From assembly GCA_965221695.1 (NCBI GenBank), contig OZ244905.1, positions 320,001-384,000 on the forward strand: DNA of 64,000 bases, in the 5' to 3' direction. The notes under the pieces were generated by a model. The model did no database searches, was not told the origin of the DNA, and saw only the letters and a list, made by a program, of their open reading frames with translations. Shown here piece after piece: positions 52,718 to 63,011 of this stretch (positions are counted from its first letter, which is position 1; each line of letters opens with the position of its first letter). This stretch comes from Gammaproteobacteria bacterium (GTDB lineage Bacteria; Pseudomonadota; Gammaproteobacteria; Eutrophobiales; Eutrophobiaceae). A program made the translations under genes and the position numbers.

Positions 52718-53731
52718 ATGGGATACTGTCTTGCGCTTGATGCCATGGGCGGGGATCATGGCCCTGATGAGATTGTCCCCGCAGCAATATACTCACTGAA
52801 AAAACATCGCGAGCTTGAACTCCTGCTGGCAGGGCCGGAACATATCATCAAACCCAGGCTTGCTCACCTTAGCGATGATCTGGCCGTCCGTATTCAGGTG
52901 ATTCATGCGCCTGAGGTGATAACAATGGATGAGGCCCCTTCCGCGGCGCTGCGCAACAAGAAAAAATCATCGATGCGGCTCGCCATCGAACAAGTGCAAC
53001 AGGGACGAGCGCATGCCTGTGTCAGCGCCGGAAACACCGGCGCGTTGATGGCGATCTCACGCTATATTCTCAAGATGTTGCCAGGCATAGACAGGCCAGC
53101 CATTTGTACAATCATCCCGGGCATTGACAGCGACACCCATATACTCGATCTGGGCGCAAACGTCGATTCCGGCCCGGAACAACTGTTTCAGTTTGCTGTG
53201 ATGGGGGCGGAGTTGAGCGAGGCGGTTGAAAATATTAGCGCGCCTAAAGTAGCTTTGTTGAATGTTGGCACAGAAGATAACAAGGGAAATGATCGCGTTA
53301 AAAAGGCAAAAGTACTGTTGGAAAAAAGTCACATCAATTTCATTGGGTTTGTTGAAGGCAACCATATTTACTCCGGCGATGCGAATGTGATTGTGTGTGA
53401 CGGGTTTGTCGGCAATATCGCGTTGAAGGCCAGCGAGGGAGTGGCTGAATTTTTCCTGCATCATGTAGACAACAGTTTTCGCCAGAATCTCTATGCCAAA
53501 CTTGTCGCTCTGTTATCAATACCGATTCTCAAGTCTATCCACAGAAAAACCGACCCCAGACGCCATAATGGAGCCAGCCTGCTCGGACTACGCGGGATCG
53601 TCATCAAAAGTCATGGCAGGGCTGACCGGCTATCATTTGCTCATGCTATCGAAGAGGCAATCCTTGAGGTCGAGAAAAACATACCCGCGCGTATCACCTC
53701 ACGACTGGAAACGCTATTAACCAGGAGTTGA
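52718..53731 (+). CDS. plsX: Phosphate acyltransferase PlsX
   Basis: DAMGGDHGP, SAGNTGALM, DLGAN, KSHG. Confidence 0.96.
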   Translation: MGYCLALDAMGGDHGPDEIVPAAIYSLKKHRELELLLAGPEHIIKPRLAHLSDDLAVRIQVIHAPEVITMDEAPSAALRNKKKSSMRLAIEQVQQGRAHACVSAGNTGALMAISRYILKMLPGIDRPAICTIIPGIDSDTHILDLGANVDSGPEQLFQFAVMGAELSEAVENISAPKVALLNVGTEDNKGNDRVKKAKVLLEKSHINFIGFVEGNHIYSGDANVIVCDGFVGNIALKASEGVAEFFLHHVDNSFRQNLYAKLVALLSIPILKSIHRKTDPRRHNGASLLGLRGIVIKSHGRADRLSFAHAIEEAILEVEKNIPARITSRLETLLTRS

Positions 53732-53734
53732 GTT

Positions 53735-54691
53735 GTGTCTTATACTCAAATCATTGGTTGCGGTGGCTATCTTCCTGAACGGGTGATGTCCAACGCGGAG
53801 TTGGAAAACCTGGTGGAGACAACAGATGAATGGATCCGGTCAAGAACAGGCATAACACAGCGACACATTGCCAGGGAAGATGAAACCACTTCTGACATGG
53901 CTCACAGCGCATCGTTGCGCGCCATAGAGATGGCCGACATCAATCCTGACACTATCGAACTGATCATCGTCGCCACCTCCACATCCGACCTGATTTACCC
54001 CAGCGCCGCTTGCCTATTGCAAAAAAAACTGGGTTTGCGCAACTGTTCTGCGGCATTTGACGTGCAGGCCGTATGTTCCGGTTTTATTTATGCATTGAGC
54101 ATTGCGGATCAGTTTATCCGCAACGGACAGACACAACGCGCGCTTGTCGTTGGCGCAGACATGAACTCCCGGATCCTGGACTGGACCGACCGTTCCACCT
54201 GTGTGCTGTTCGGAGATGGCGCCGGCGCGGTAGTCCTCAACAACAGCGATTGCCCCGGCATCTACAAAACATTGTTGCATGCCGACGGCGCTTACAGTGA
54301 TTATCTTAAAGTGCCTTCAGGGGTGTCAGCGCCGACAGCAGATCCGTTCATCCGAATGCGCGGCAATGAAGTGTTTAAATTTGCCGTTCAGACAATGGAT
54401 GAGATCGTTACTCAAACGCTGGCAGGGACCGAGTTGGAAAAAAAAGATATAAACTGGCTTGTGCCCCACCAAGCCAACCAGCGCATCATTGTCGCCACGG
54501 TAAAGAAGCTAGGCATGAGTATGGATAACGTAATTATGACTGTAACAAAACATGGCAACACCTCAGCCGCCTCCATACCTCTGGCCTTGGACACCGGCGT
54601 TCGGGATGGACGCATCAAGCGGGGGGATATCATATTAATGGAAGCCGTAGGTGGAGGCTTCACCTGGGGGTCAGCGCTGTTTCGGTATTAA
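53735..54691 (+). CDS. fabH: beta-ketoacyl-ACP synthase III
   Basis: AVCSGF, PHQAN, GNTSAAS, GGGFTWG. Confidence 0.96.
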   Translation: MSYTQIIGCGGYLPERVMSNAELENLVETTDEWIRSRTGITQRHIAREDETTSDMAHSASLRAIEMADINPDTIELIIVATSTSDLIYPSAACLLQKKLGLRNCSAAFDVQAVCSGFIYALSIADQFIRNGQTQRALVVGADMNSRILDWTDRSTCVLFGDGAGAVVLNNSDCPGIYKTLLHADGAYSDYLKVPSGVSAPTADPFIRMRGNEVFKFAVQTMDEIVTQTLAGTELEKKDINWLVPHQANQRIIVATVKKLGMSMDNVIMTVTKHGNTSAASIPLALDTGVRDGRIKRGDIILMEAVGGGFTWGSALFRY

Positions 54692-54736
54692 CCCGCCTCT
54701 CTTACAAGCTCCCCCGGAGGCAGATTGAGAGTTTAT

Positions 54737-54762
54737 GATGCTCTGAATTAATCAGAGGTTCC
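54737..54762. repeat. Solo terminal hairpin of the MITE family over the fabD initiation region
   Basis: GATGCTCTGA ATTAA TCAGAGGTTCC|TTAA, ending 6 bp before the fabD ATG. Confidence 0.75.
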
Positions 54763-54768
54763 TTAAAT

Positions 54769-55701
54769 ATGACTGACAATATTGCATTTGTATTTCCCGG
54801 ACAAGGTTCCCAGCGCGTAGGTATGTTCTCTGAGCTGGCGGCTAACTACCCGGTGGTAGCGAACACATTTGCCGAAGCATCGGCGATACTAGGTTATGAC
54901 CTGCTCGACCTGTGCCAGAACGGACCTGAAGAGACACTGAATCAGACCGAACACACCCAACCCGCGCTATTAACGGCGAGTTATGCTGCCTGGCGTATCT
55001 GGCAGGAGAAAGGAGGATACACTCCGAAGTATATGGCGGGGCATAGTCTGGGGGAGTATTCCGCTCTGGTTTGCGCCGGAGTCCTCAGCTTCAGCGACGC
55101 AGTCAGCTTGGTGGCCGCACGGGGCAGGTTTATGCAGGAAGCCGTGCCCAGAGGAACAGGCGCCATGGCTGCCGTTTCCGGCCTTGATGATGAGACGGTC
55201 ATCGAAGTTTGTGCCAAAGCTGCGCAGGGCGAGGTAGTTTCTGCGGCGAATTTCAATTTTCCAGGACAGGTGGTCATTGCCGGAGATGCGCGCGCGGTAG
55301 ATCGCGCCGGCAAACTGGCCAAGGCGTCCGGCGCGCGCAGAATCACACCTTTGCCGGTCAGCGCGCCATCGCATTGCCGATTGATGGAGCCTGCCGCACA
55401 CAAGTTGCAATCCCTGATGAACAGGATTACGTTTGCGCCTGCCGCGATTCCGGTTATCCAGAATGCCGATGCCTGTTTACGGACCGATCCGGAGGAGATC
55501 AAACAGTCTCTTGTTCTGCAGTTACATCAATCCGTGCTATGGTCAAAGTGCGTAGCCGTGATGCGACAGTTGGAAGTAACAAGAATGATAGAGTGTGGTC
55601 CCGGCAATGTGCTTGGCGGCTTGATCAGACGCATCGATAAAAATATTATCTGCGCCGGCATTGCAGATATGGAATCCCTGAACGCCGCATTATTGGTATA
55701 A
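54769..55701 (+). CDS. fabD: Malonyl-CoA:ACP transacylase
   Basis: FPGQGSQ, GHSLGEY, TQPAL. Confidence 0.97.
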   Translation: MTDNIAFVFPGQGSQRVGMFSELAANYPVVANTFAEASAILGYDLLDLCQNGPEETLNQTEHTQPALLTASYAAWRIWQEKGGYTPKYMAGHSLGEYSALVCAGVLSFSDAVSLVAARGRFMQEAVPRGTGAMAAVSGLDDETVIEVCAKAAQGEVVSAANFNFPGQVVIAGDARAVDRAGKLAKASGARRITPLPVSAPSHCRLMEPAAHKLQSLMNRITFAPAAIPVIQNADACLRTDPEEIKQSLVLQLHQSVLWSKCVAVMRQLEVTRMIECGPGNVLGGLIRRIDKNIICAGIADMESLNAALLV

Positions 55702-55709
55702 TTGCGTAT

Positions 55710-56459
55710 ATGGAGACGCATCTCAAACAGCAGGTTGCCCTGGTGACGGGCGCGAGCAGAGGAATCGGCAAAGCAATCGCCGAGCGGCTTGGGCGCGCCG
55801 GCGCATTTGTTGCAGGCACGGCCACGACAGAGATCGGCGCCGCGGGCATTGATGATTTTTTCAAGGAAACGGGAATAGACGGCAAAGGCTACGCGCTGGA
55901 CATCAGTTCAGAGGCTTCGGTCGCTCGGTTGGATGAAGGATTCAAAGCAAAGGAGATAGCGCCGTCAATCCTGGTAAATAATGCAGGCATCACCCGTGAC
56001 AACCTGATGCTGAGGATGAAGCAACAGGAATGGGATGAAGTCATTAACACCAACCTGAATGCGGTTTTTCGCCTGAGTAAACTGTGTCTGCGCAATATGA
56101 TCCGGTCGCGCTTTGGCCGGATAATCAACGTCACCTCCGTTGTGGCCCTTTCGGGGAATCCAGGACAAGCCAATTACGCTGCTGCCAAATCGGGCATCAT
56201 TGGCTTTACCCGCGCGCTGGCCAAGGAAACCGGTAGCCGCGGCGTCACTGTCAACTGCGTTGCGCCGGGTTTTATTGACACCGACATGACGACAAACATC
56301 GCAGGGGCGCAGCGCGAAAAACTAATCGAACAAATCCCTCTGGGACGTCTTGGTCTTGCCGATGATGTCGCTTATGCTGTTGAATTTATCGCTTCGCCCG
56401 CTGCCGGTTACATTACAGGCGAGGTGTTGAATGTAAATGGAGGCATGTATATGGCATAA
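55710..56459 (+). CDS. fabG: 3-oxoacyl-ACP reductase
   Basis: TGASRGIG, NNAGITRD, GQANYAAAK, NGGMYM. Confidence 0.97.
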   Translation: METHLKQQVALVTGASRGIGKAIAERLGRAGAFVAGTATTEIGAAGIDDFFKETGIDGKGYALDISSEASVARLDEGFKAKEIAPSILVNNAGITRDNLMLRMKQQEWDEVINTNLNAVFRLSKLCLRNMIRSRFGRIINVTSVVALSGNPGQANYAAAKSGIIGFTRALAKETGSRGVTVNCVAPGFIDTDMTTNIAGAQREKLIEQIPLGRLGLADDVAYAVEFIASPAAGYITGEVLNVNGGMYMA

Positions 56460-56674
56460 GGAATGATTGCGCGCGCCTGCAGGCCGACACAAAATCTTCC
56501 TGCCGGCTTACAGTGGGGTTATAATGGATATAATTGAAAGGAAACACAATCATACTGTTTCTTTGTTGTATAGATGTTCTTTGTATTACCAAAAAAACAA
56601 CTTGAAAGCAGGGATAATTTGGCTTATCGTACATCGGCTTTTGGTCTTAGTACCGTAGAAGGAGGTTAGATCAC

Positions 56675-56911
56675 ATGAGTAACGTTGAAGAACGAGTGGT
56701 AAAAATCATTGTAGAGCAACTGGGGGTTAAAGAGGAGGAAGTAACTAGTGAAGCATCTTTTGTTGATGATCTCGGGGCTGACTCGCTTGATACAGTAGAA
56801 TTAGTGATGGCGCTGGAAGAAGAATTTAAAATCGAAATACCCGATGAAGATGCGGAAAAAATAACAACTGTACAACAGGCAATTGACTATATTGACACGC
56901 ATCTTGAATGA
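56675..56911 (+). CDS. acpP: Acyl carrier protein
   Basis: [20 protein letters not shown]; strong SD GAAGGAGG. Confidence 0.98.
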   Translation: MSNVEERVVKIIVEQLGVKEEEVTSEASFVDDLGADSLDTVELVMALEEEFKIEIPDEDAEKITTVQQAIDYIDTHLE

Positions 56912-56933
56912 CTGCCGCAACTAAGTCCCTGAT

Positions 56934-56971
56934 AAGGCCGCTTCACTGGTTGACCGAGAGCGGCCTTTTTT
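56934..56971 (+). terminator. Intrinsic terminator after acpP
   Basis: AAGGCCGCT...AGCGGCCTT stem followed by a T run. Confidence 0.8.
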
Positions 56972-56998
56972 CATATATACCATTAATATTTTCCGAAA

Positions 56999-58237
56999 GT
57001 GAATAAACGAAGGGTTGTCATCACCGGCCTTGGTCTGGTTACTCCAGTAGGAAACACCGTCGCAGAAGCCTGGGAGAATGTACTGGCGGGCAGCAGCGGG
57101 ATTTCTACGATTTCTCACTTTGATGCCGATGGGTATCCTGTGAGAATAGCCGGGTTGATAAAAAACTTTGATCTGGATGCTTATGTATCCAGAAAAGAAC
57201 AAAAAAAGATGGGCGCCTTCGTGCATTATGGTATGGCGGCGGGTATTCAGGCGGTCAATGATGCCGGGATAGATGCGGATGGCGTTGACCCGCACCGAGT
57301 CGGGGTCGTCATCGGCTCAGGCATAGGCGGTATATCAGGCATAGAAAAAGGGACTGAAACCATCCTGAGCAGTGGTCCGAAAAGAATTTCGCCGTTCTTT
57401 GTGCCCGCCAATATTATCAATATGATTTCCGGCAATCTGTCTATCCGATATGGTTTCAAGGGACCCAATTTCTGCATTGTGACTGCCTGCGCAACCGGCG
57501 CCCACAACATCAGCGAAGCAGCCCGGCTTATTCAGTATGACGAGGCGGATGTAATGGTGGCCGGTGGGGCCGAATTTGCGTCATCTCGCACATCCATGGC
57601 TGGATTTGCCAATGCAAAAGCATTGTCTACGCGCAATGACGAACCGCAAAAAGCAAGCAGACCCTGGGACCGGGACAGGGATGGGTTTGTGTTGAGTGAT
57701 GGCGCCGGCGTCATAGTTCTGGAAGAGTTTGAACACGCCAGAGCCCGTGGCGCCACGATCTATGCCGAAATCATCGGTTTTGCCATGAATGGGGATGCTT
57801 ATCATATGACCGCCCCCTCGCAAGATGGAGACGGGGCAATACGGTGTATACAACTGGCTCTGAAGAATGCAGGTATCGATAGATCCGATATCGATTACAT
57901 TAATGCCCACGGCACCTCCACACCAGCAGGCGATGTCATCGAGAGCAATGCTGTAAAAGCAGTGTTTGGCGATCATGCAAGACGTTTTGCGATCAGTTCC
58001 ACAAAATCCATGACCGGTCATATGCTCGGGGCTGCCGGCAGTGTGGAGACCTTGTTCTGCGCTTTGGCATTACGGGATCAGGTGGCGCCACCTACTATCA
58101 ATCTGGATAATCCCGACCCCGACTGCGATCTGGATTATGTGCCCCACGCGGCGCGTGATATGAAATTAGACCATGTGTTATGCAATTCCTTCGGTTTCGG
58201 TGGCACCAACGGGTGCCTTATTTTGAAGCGCGTATAA
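56999..58237 (+). CDS. fabF: beta-ketoacyl-ACP synthase II
   Basis: TACATG, NAHGTST, KSMTGHMLGA, NSFGFGGTN. Confidence 0.97.
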   Translation: MNKRRVVITGLGLVTPVGNTVAEAWENVLAGSSGISTISHFDADGYPVRIAGLIKNFDLDAYVSRKEQKKMGAFVHYGMAAGIQAVNDAGIDADGVDPHRVGVVIGSGIGGISGIEKGTETILSSGPKRISPFFVPANIINMISGNLSIRYGFKGPNFCIVTACATGAHNISEAARLIQYDEADVMVAGGAEFASSRTSMAGFANAKALSTRNDEPQKASRPWDRDRDGFVLSDGAGVIVLEEFEHARARGATIYAEIIGFAMNGDAYHMTAPSQDGDGAIRCIQLALKNAGIDRSDIDYINAHGTSTPAGDVIESNAVKAVFGDHARRFAISSTKSMTGHMLGAAGSVETLFCALALRDQVAPPTINLDNPDPDCDLDYVPHAARDMKLDHVLCNSFGFGGTNGCLILKRV

Positions 58238-58268
58238 AAAGCCGAACAAGTTCGTCCGGTTTATTCAC

Positions 58269-59099
58269 GTGATCGAGACGCTGGTTAATGGCGAACCCGG
58301 CAGCGTCATATCCGTCCATGATCGCGGTCTTCAGTTCGGTGATGGCGTATTTGAGACAATCGCGGTCCAGTCGGGTGAGATGCTGTGCTACGAGGCGCAT
58401 TTTGCGAGGCTGGAAGCGGGTTGCCGGCATTTGTCGATTGTCTGCCCGCATCGAGGACTGCTTGAAGAAGAAGCCTATCGGCTGTGCCGGCCGTTTGCCT
58501 CGGCAACATTGAAGATAGTAGTCACCCGTGGCACGGGGAGGCGCGGTTACGGGTATCCTGAAGATATCAGTCCCAACAGGATACTGACAGTGCATGAGCG
58601 TCCGAGCTATCCGGCAGCCTATTATCGGGAAGGCGTCCCGTCGTACATATGTTCACGGCGTCTTACCCAGCAGCCGCACCTGGCAGGAATTAAACACCTG
58701 AACCGACTTGAACAGGTCCAGTTACGCGCGGAAATAGCCGCCACGCCTTATCCGGAAGGCGTCGCGCTGGATCAGGACGGCAATGTCATAGAAGGATCCA
58801 TGAGCAACCTGTTCATGGTAAAACAAGGCAAACTGATTACTCCCGATGTTTCTCGTTGTGGTGTCAAAGGCGTGATAAGACAATTAATCATTGAGCAAAA
58901 TAAAGCCGCGGGGATTGAAACTACTATTCGGGATATTAAACCGGAAGAATTATATGAGGCAGATGAAGTATTCTATTGCAACAGCTTGATTGGTATATGG
59001 CCGGTGAGGAGCATCGGCAATAAAGACTTCGGAAGGTTTGATACAATCCAGGAAATTATGAGGAAACTAACGACCGAAAATATTATCGCTACCGTCTGA
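58269..59099 (+). CDS. pabC: Aminodeoxychorismate lyase
   Basis: DRGLQFGDGVFET, GIKHLNRLEQV; synteny. Confidence 0.95.
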   Translation: MIETLVNGEPGSVISVHDRGLQFGDGVFETIAVQSGEMLCYEAHFARLEAGCRHLSIVCPHRGLLEEEAYRLCRPFASATLKIVVTRGTGRRGYGYPEDISPNRILTVHERPSYPAAYYREGVPSYICSRRLTQQPHLAGIKHLNRLEQVQLRAEIAATPYPEGVALDQDGNVIEGSMSNLFMVKQGKLITPDVSRCGVKGVIRQLIIEQNKAAGIETTIRDIKPEELYEADEVFYCNSLIGIWPVRSIGNKDFGRFDTIQEIMRKLTTENIIATV

Positions 59100-60091
59100 T
59101 GAAGAAATTCTTATTCATCCCCGGCCTGGTTGGCATACTGGTCGGATGGTGGTTTTATCAGGATATGCAGGCACAGTTGAGCGCTCCTCTCAAGCTCGAC
59201 CGCCCTGAATATTTCACCATTGAGACCGGTATGTCTTTGTTCGCCATTGCCGCTGAGTTGGAGAAACGGGGCTGGTTTGAAGAACCGCTCTATCTGCAGC
59301 TCGAAGGCAAGTTGCGTGGGGTGGATGGTTTGATAAAAGCAGGTCAGTACCAGGTTGACCCCGGCGCCAGCGCACTTTTCCTGCTCGAGATGATCGTGGC
59401 GGGAAAGGTAACCCAACACGCATTGACGATACCGGAAGGTTGGCTGTTCAGGCAAATCGTGACTGCGCTACACCAGCATCCACATATCAGAAAGACATTG
59501 GTTTCAACAGACCCGGATCGTATCATGGCCGACATAGGTTATCCCGGATATTCTGCTGAGGGGCGTTTTTTCCCGGACACCTATTATTTTCCCGCCGATA
59601 CCGCTGACGTCGATTTTCTGCGTCGCGCGTTCAAACGGATGGAGTCCGTGTTAAACGAGGAATGGGAGAGACGCATGACCGGCTTGCCGTACCGATCGCC
59701 TTATCAGGCGCTGATCATGGCCTCGCTGATAGAAAAAGAGACCGCAGCGCCTAGCGAACGTGAAAAGATTGCCAGCGTGTTCATCCGCCGGCTCGAAAGA
59801 AACATGAAACTGCAAACAGACCCTACCATAATCTATGCCCTGGGAGAAAGCTATGATGGAGATATCAAGCATAAAGACCTGAACCTGGATTCTCCCTTCA
59901 ATACCTATCGTTACAAAGGCTTGCCGCCTACGCCAATCGCCGCGCCCGGAAGGGCTTCCATACGCGCGGCGCTACAGCCTGAACCTGGAGATGCCTTATA
60001 TTTTGTTGCTACCGGAGACAACGGGCGTCATCACTTTTCCACAACTTTGGATGAGCACAACAGGGCGGTAGCAAAGTACCAACTTAAATAA
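59099..60091 (+). CDS. mltG: Endolytic transglycosylase MltG
   Basis: EGRFFPDTY, ASLIEKET, LQTDPT, GLPPTPI. Confidence 0.95.
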   Translation: MKKFLFIPGLVGILVGWWFYQDMQAQLSAPLKLDRPEYFTIETGMSLFAIAAELEKRGWFEEPLYLQLEGKLRGVDGLIKAGQYQVDPGASALFLLEMIVAGKVTQHALTIPEGWLFRQIVTALHQHPHIRKTLVSTDPDRIMADIGYPGYSAEGRFFPDTYYFPADTADVDFLRRAFKRMESVLNEEWERRMTGLPYRSPYQALIMASLIEKETAAPSEREKIASVFIRRLERNMKLQTDPTIIYALGESYDGDIKHKDLNLDSPFNTYRYKGLPPTPIAAPGRASIRAALQPEPGDALYFVATGDNGRHHFSTTLDEHNRAVAKYQLK

Positions 60092-60709
60092 ATGTTCATC
60101 ACGTTTGAAGGCATAGAAGGCGTAGGCAAAACCACTCAGGCAAAAGCGGCCTTTGAGCTGCTTGATACAATACACCCTGGCAAGGTTATTCTCACCAGAG
60201 AACCAGGCGGCACCGGTATTGGCGAGACCATCCGTAACATCATGTTACAGGCCGGCAAACACGATATCGACGGGATAACAGAAATGCTCCTGGTATTTAC
60301 GGCTCGCCGCCAGCACCTGTGCGAGATTATTAAACCATCTTTGGAGAATGGAAAAATCGTCTTGTGCGACAGGTTTACCGATGCGACATTTGCCTACCAG
60401 GGAGGGGGGCGCGGCGTCGATAGTAACTTGATAATTCAACTGCAGGATATCGTGCAGGATAACCTCAGGCCGGATCTCACCCTGCTGCTTGACGCGCCGG
60501 TTGAGATGGGGCTTGCGCGCATGAGCTCCCGCAATCAACCTGATAGGATGGAGGCTGAGACAATAAGTTTTTTTCAGCGGGTCCGGCGCAAATACCTGGA
60601 TTTGTCCGAGCAACATTCAGAGAGAATCCACGTCATCAATGCATCGAGAGAGGCTGAACATGTCACAGGGGAAATACGGCGAATACTTGAGACAAAGGGT
60701 TTATGCTGA
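60092..60709 (+). CDS. tmk: Thymidylate kinase
   Basis: FITFEGIEGVGKTT, TREPGG, CDRFTDATFAYQG. Confidence 0.97.
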   Translation: MFITFEGIEGVGKTTQAKAAFELLDTIHPGKVILTREPGGTGIGETIRNIMLQAGKHDIDGITEMLLVFTARRQHLCEIIKPSLENGKIVLCDRFTDATFAYQGGGRGVDSNLIIQLQDIVQDNLRPDLTLLLDAPVEMGLARMSSRNQPDRMEAETISFFQRVRRKYLDLSEQHSERIHVINASREAEHVTGEIRRILETKGLC

Positions 60710-60740
60710 ACGCGCCTGCATTCCCGACCCACAGGGCTGA

Positions 60741-61742
60741 TTGACTGCGATGCCTTACCCTTGGCAGATGAAACAATGGGAACAGCTCAGCCTTGCTGTA
60801 GATCAGAACAGGTTGGCGCATGCATTGTTGCTAAACGGCGCCGAAGGCAGCGGTATGGGCCAGTTTGCCAGGGATTTTTCACGCTACCTCTTGTGTGAAG
60901 CGCCGCCGCAGGGAGCGGCTTGTGAAACATGCCGATCCTGTATTTTGTTTAATGCCGGCAATCATCCGGACGTCAGGACGCTTAGCCCGGAAGATAATGG
61001 GGCCCAAATCAAGGTGGATGTGGTGCGTGAACTCATCGCCCACCTGCAACTCAGCGTCCAGTATGGCAAGCGTAAAATCGCGCTCTTAGAACCGGCCGAA
61101 GGGATGAATTGGCGCTCCGCTAACAGCTTATTGAAAACCCTGGAGGAGCCGACATCATCGACAATATTGATACTGGTTTCTTATCAGCCTGCCAGATTGC
61201 CCGCCACAATACGCAGCCGTTGCCAGAAGATCAATTTTAACCGGACTGACCGGCAGACAGCCACTGAGTGGCTGCGTGCGCGCATTGATCAACCCGCCCA
61301 AGTTGATGAATTGCTTGAACTTGCCGGCGGCGCGCCGCTCAAGGCGCTGGACCTGTATGAAGCTGATGCGCTACAAAACAGGGAGGAAATGCTGGATGAT
61401 TTGCAGCAAGCGGCCCAGTTGCATACAGCCCCCATCCATATTGCAGAAAAATGGCAGAAACATGATATAGTTGAAGCGCTGAATCGGTTACTTTTCCTGT
61501 TCAGCAAAATGGCGACGTTGCGCGCCGTGGGGAAAGGAGAGGCTGCCGAGCAATCCGATTTTGATAGCAGACTATGCCGCATTGCAAGCACAATCCCAGT
61601 CTCGGGACTGGTCGAATGTTACGATTTGTCCTTGAAGAACTACTGTCTGTTGACTGGCGAGACCAACCTTAACAAGCAAAGCCTGCTGGAAGAAATTATC
61701 GTGTTCTGGCAATCCTTGCACAGGCGAGCCTGGGCCGGCTAG
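60741..61742 (+). CDS. holB: DNA polymerase III delta-prime subunit
   Basis: YPWQ, Cys4 Zn motif, ANSLLKTLEEP, TIRSRCQ. Confidence 0.95.
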   Translation: MTAMPYPWQMKQWEQLSLAVDQNRLAHALLLNGAEGSGMGQFARDFSRYLLCEAPPQGAACETCRSCILFNAGNHPDVRTLSPEDNGAQIKVDVVRELIAHLQLSVQYGKRKIALLEPAEGMNWRSANSLLKTLEEPTSSTILILVSYQPARLPATIRSRCQKINFNRTDRQTATEWLRARIDQPAQVDELLELAGGAPLKALDLYEADALQNREEMLDDLQQAAQLHTAPIHIAEKWQKHDIVEALNRLLFLFSKMATLRAVGKGEAAEQSDFDSRLCRIASTIPVSGLVECYDLSLKNYCLLTGETNLNKQSLLEEIIVFWQSLHRRAWAG

Positions 61743-61757
61743 CTGCAAATTATAATC

Positions 61758-62546
61758 ATGGCAAGTTCTTATCTAGTCGATTCCCATTGTCATATTCCGC
61801 TGGTAGAGATGGAAGGCGGAACTGATGCCGTCATCAGCGCGGCGCAGAAGGCCGGGGTAGGGCATATGCTTTGTGTTTCTATCGACCTTGAATCCTATGC
61901 TGAAATCAAACATCTGATCGATTCCAACACATGTGTATCCGCTTCAGTTGGTGTGCATCCCAATTCAGCAAAGGAGATCGAACTGTCCGAACAAAACCTG
62001 CTGGACCTTGCCGATGATGCCAAGGTGATTGCTATCGGTGAAACCGGTCTGGATTATTACCGAAGCCAAGGCGACCTGACGTGGCAAAGACAGCGTTTCC
62101 GCACCCATATTCGGGCCGCCAGACAGATTGGCAAACCTCTTGTTATCCATAGCCGTGAAGCTCGCAGAGATGTCATAAATATCCTCAGAGAAGAAGGCGC
62201 AGATGATGTGGGTGGGGTGATGCACTGCTTCGTTGATGATATTGAAACGGCAAAACAGGCCATGGATCTGAATTTTTATATTTCATTTTCCGGCATCGTC
62301 ACTTTTCGCAATGCACAAGATTTGCAGCAGGTGGCGCGGCAACTTCCTTTGGAGCGGATCCTGGTTGAAACCGATGCCCCCTATCTGGCGCCGGTACCTT
62401 ACCGCGGCAAACAGAACCAGCCGGCATATGTTCGCCATGTCGCGGAAAAAATCGCTGAATTACAAGAAGTTGATTTGGAAGAAGTAATTTTCACGACTAC
62501 CCGCAATTTTGAAAACCTGTTTTCAGTGGCGCTGATGTCTGGCTGA
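61758..62546 (+). CDS. tatD: TatD-family nuclease (YcfH type)
   Basis: DSHCH, GVHP, IGETGLDY, HCF, ETDAPYLAP. Confidence 0.93.
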   Translation: MASSYLVDSHCHIPLVEMEGGTDAVISAAQKAGVGHMLCVSIDLESYAEIKHLIDSNTCVSASVGVHPNSAKEIELSEQNLLDLADDAKVIAIGETGLDYYRSQGDLTWQRQRFRTHIRAARQIGKPLVIHSREARRDVINILREEGADDVGGVMHCFVDDIETAKQAMDLNFYISFSGIVTFRNAQDLQQVARQLPLERILVETDAPYLAPVPYRGKQNQPAYVRHVAEKIAELQEVDLEEVIFTTTRNFENLFSVALMSG

Positions 62547-62597
62547 AAACAGGATCTTTTTGTTTTTTTGCCATGTAAGTTGTGCCAACTAACCTAA

Positions 62598-62820
62598 GGG
62601 ACCTCTGATTAAGTCAGAGGTTCCTGCGATACAGGGATGTATCGCCACAAATCCGCCTGGAGCGGATTTGGACATCCGAAGGATGCCCGAAGGGTGTGCG
62701 CCATGGAAGGTGCACATCAAATTCAATGATGATAAGTCATTGAATTTGAGAGCAAAACAAAAATCGCATTTTTGTTTTGCGTGCTCTGACAAGTCCAGGA
62801 TGGTCTTGTTCAGAGCTTCC
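62598..62820. mobile_element. Multi-hairpin MITE-like element, full copy 2 (223 bp, inverted, with extra internal module)
   Basis: GGGACCTCTGA...TCAGAGCTTCC flanked by a CTAA direct repeat (62594-97 and 62821-24). Confidence 0.85.
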
Positions 62821-62834
62821 CTAAGTGGCATACC

Positions 62835-62946
62835 ATTCCCGTGCAAACGGGAATCCAGTGAAACAAAGGGGTCGCCCCCGTTTTTCGGGGGCACGTTCTA
62901 CGGGCGACACAATATTCCGCTGGACTCTCGCTGTTGCGGCGCCGAC
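62835..62946. repeat. dRS3-like/REP-type doublet (ATTCCC-N8-GGGAAT) with a degenerate inverted partner
   Basis: ATTCCCGTGCAAACGGGAATCCAG ... CTGGACTCTCGCTGTTGCGG; nested hairpin GCCCCCG-TTTTT-CGGGGGC. Confidence 0.65.
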
Positions 62947-63011
62947 ACAGAAAACACCCTGGCTTGTGCCAACAGTTATATGGTTTTTAGAATCCTAAAT
63001 ATTAATAATTA

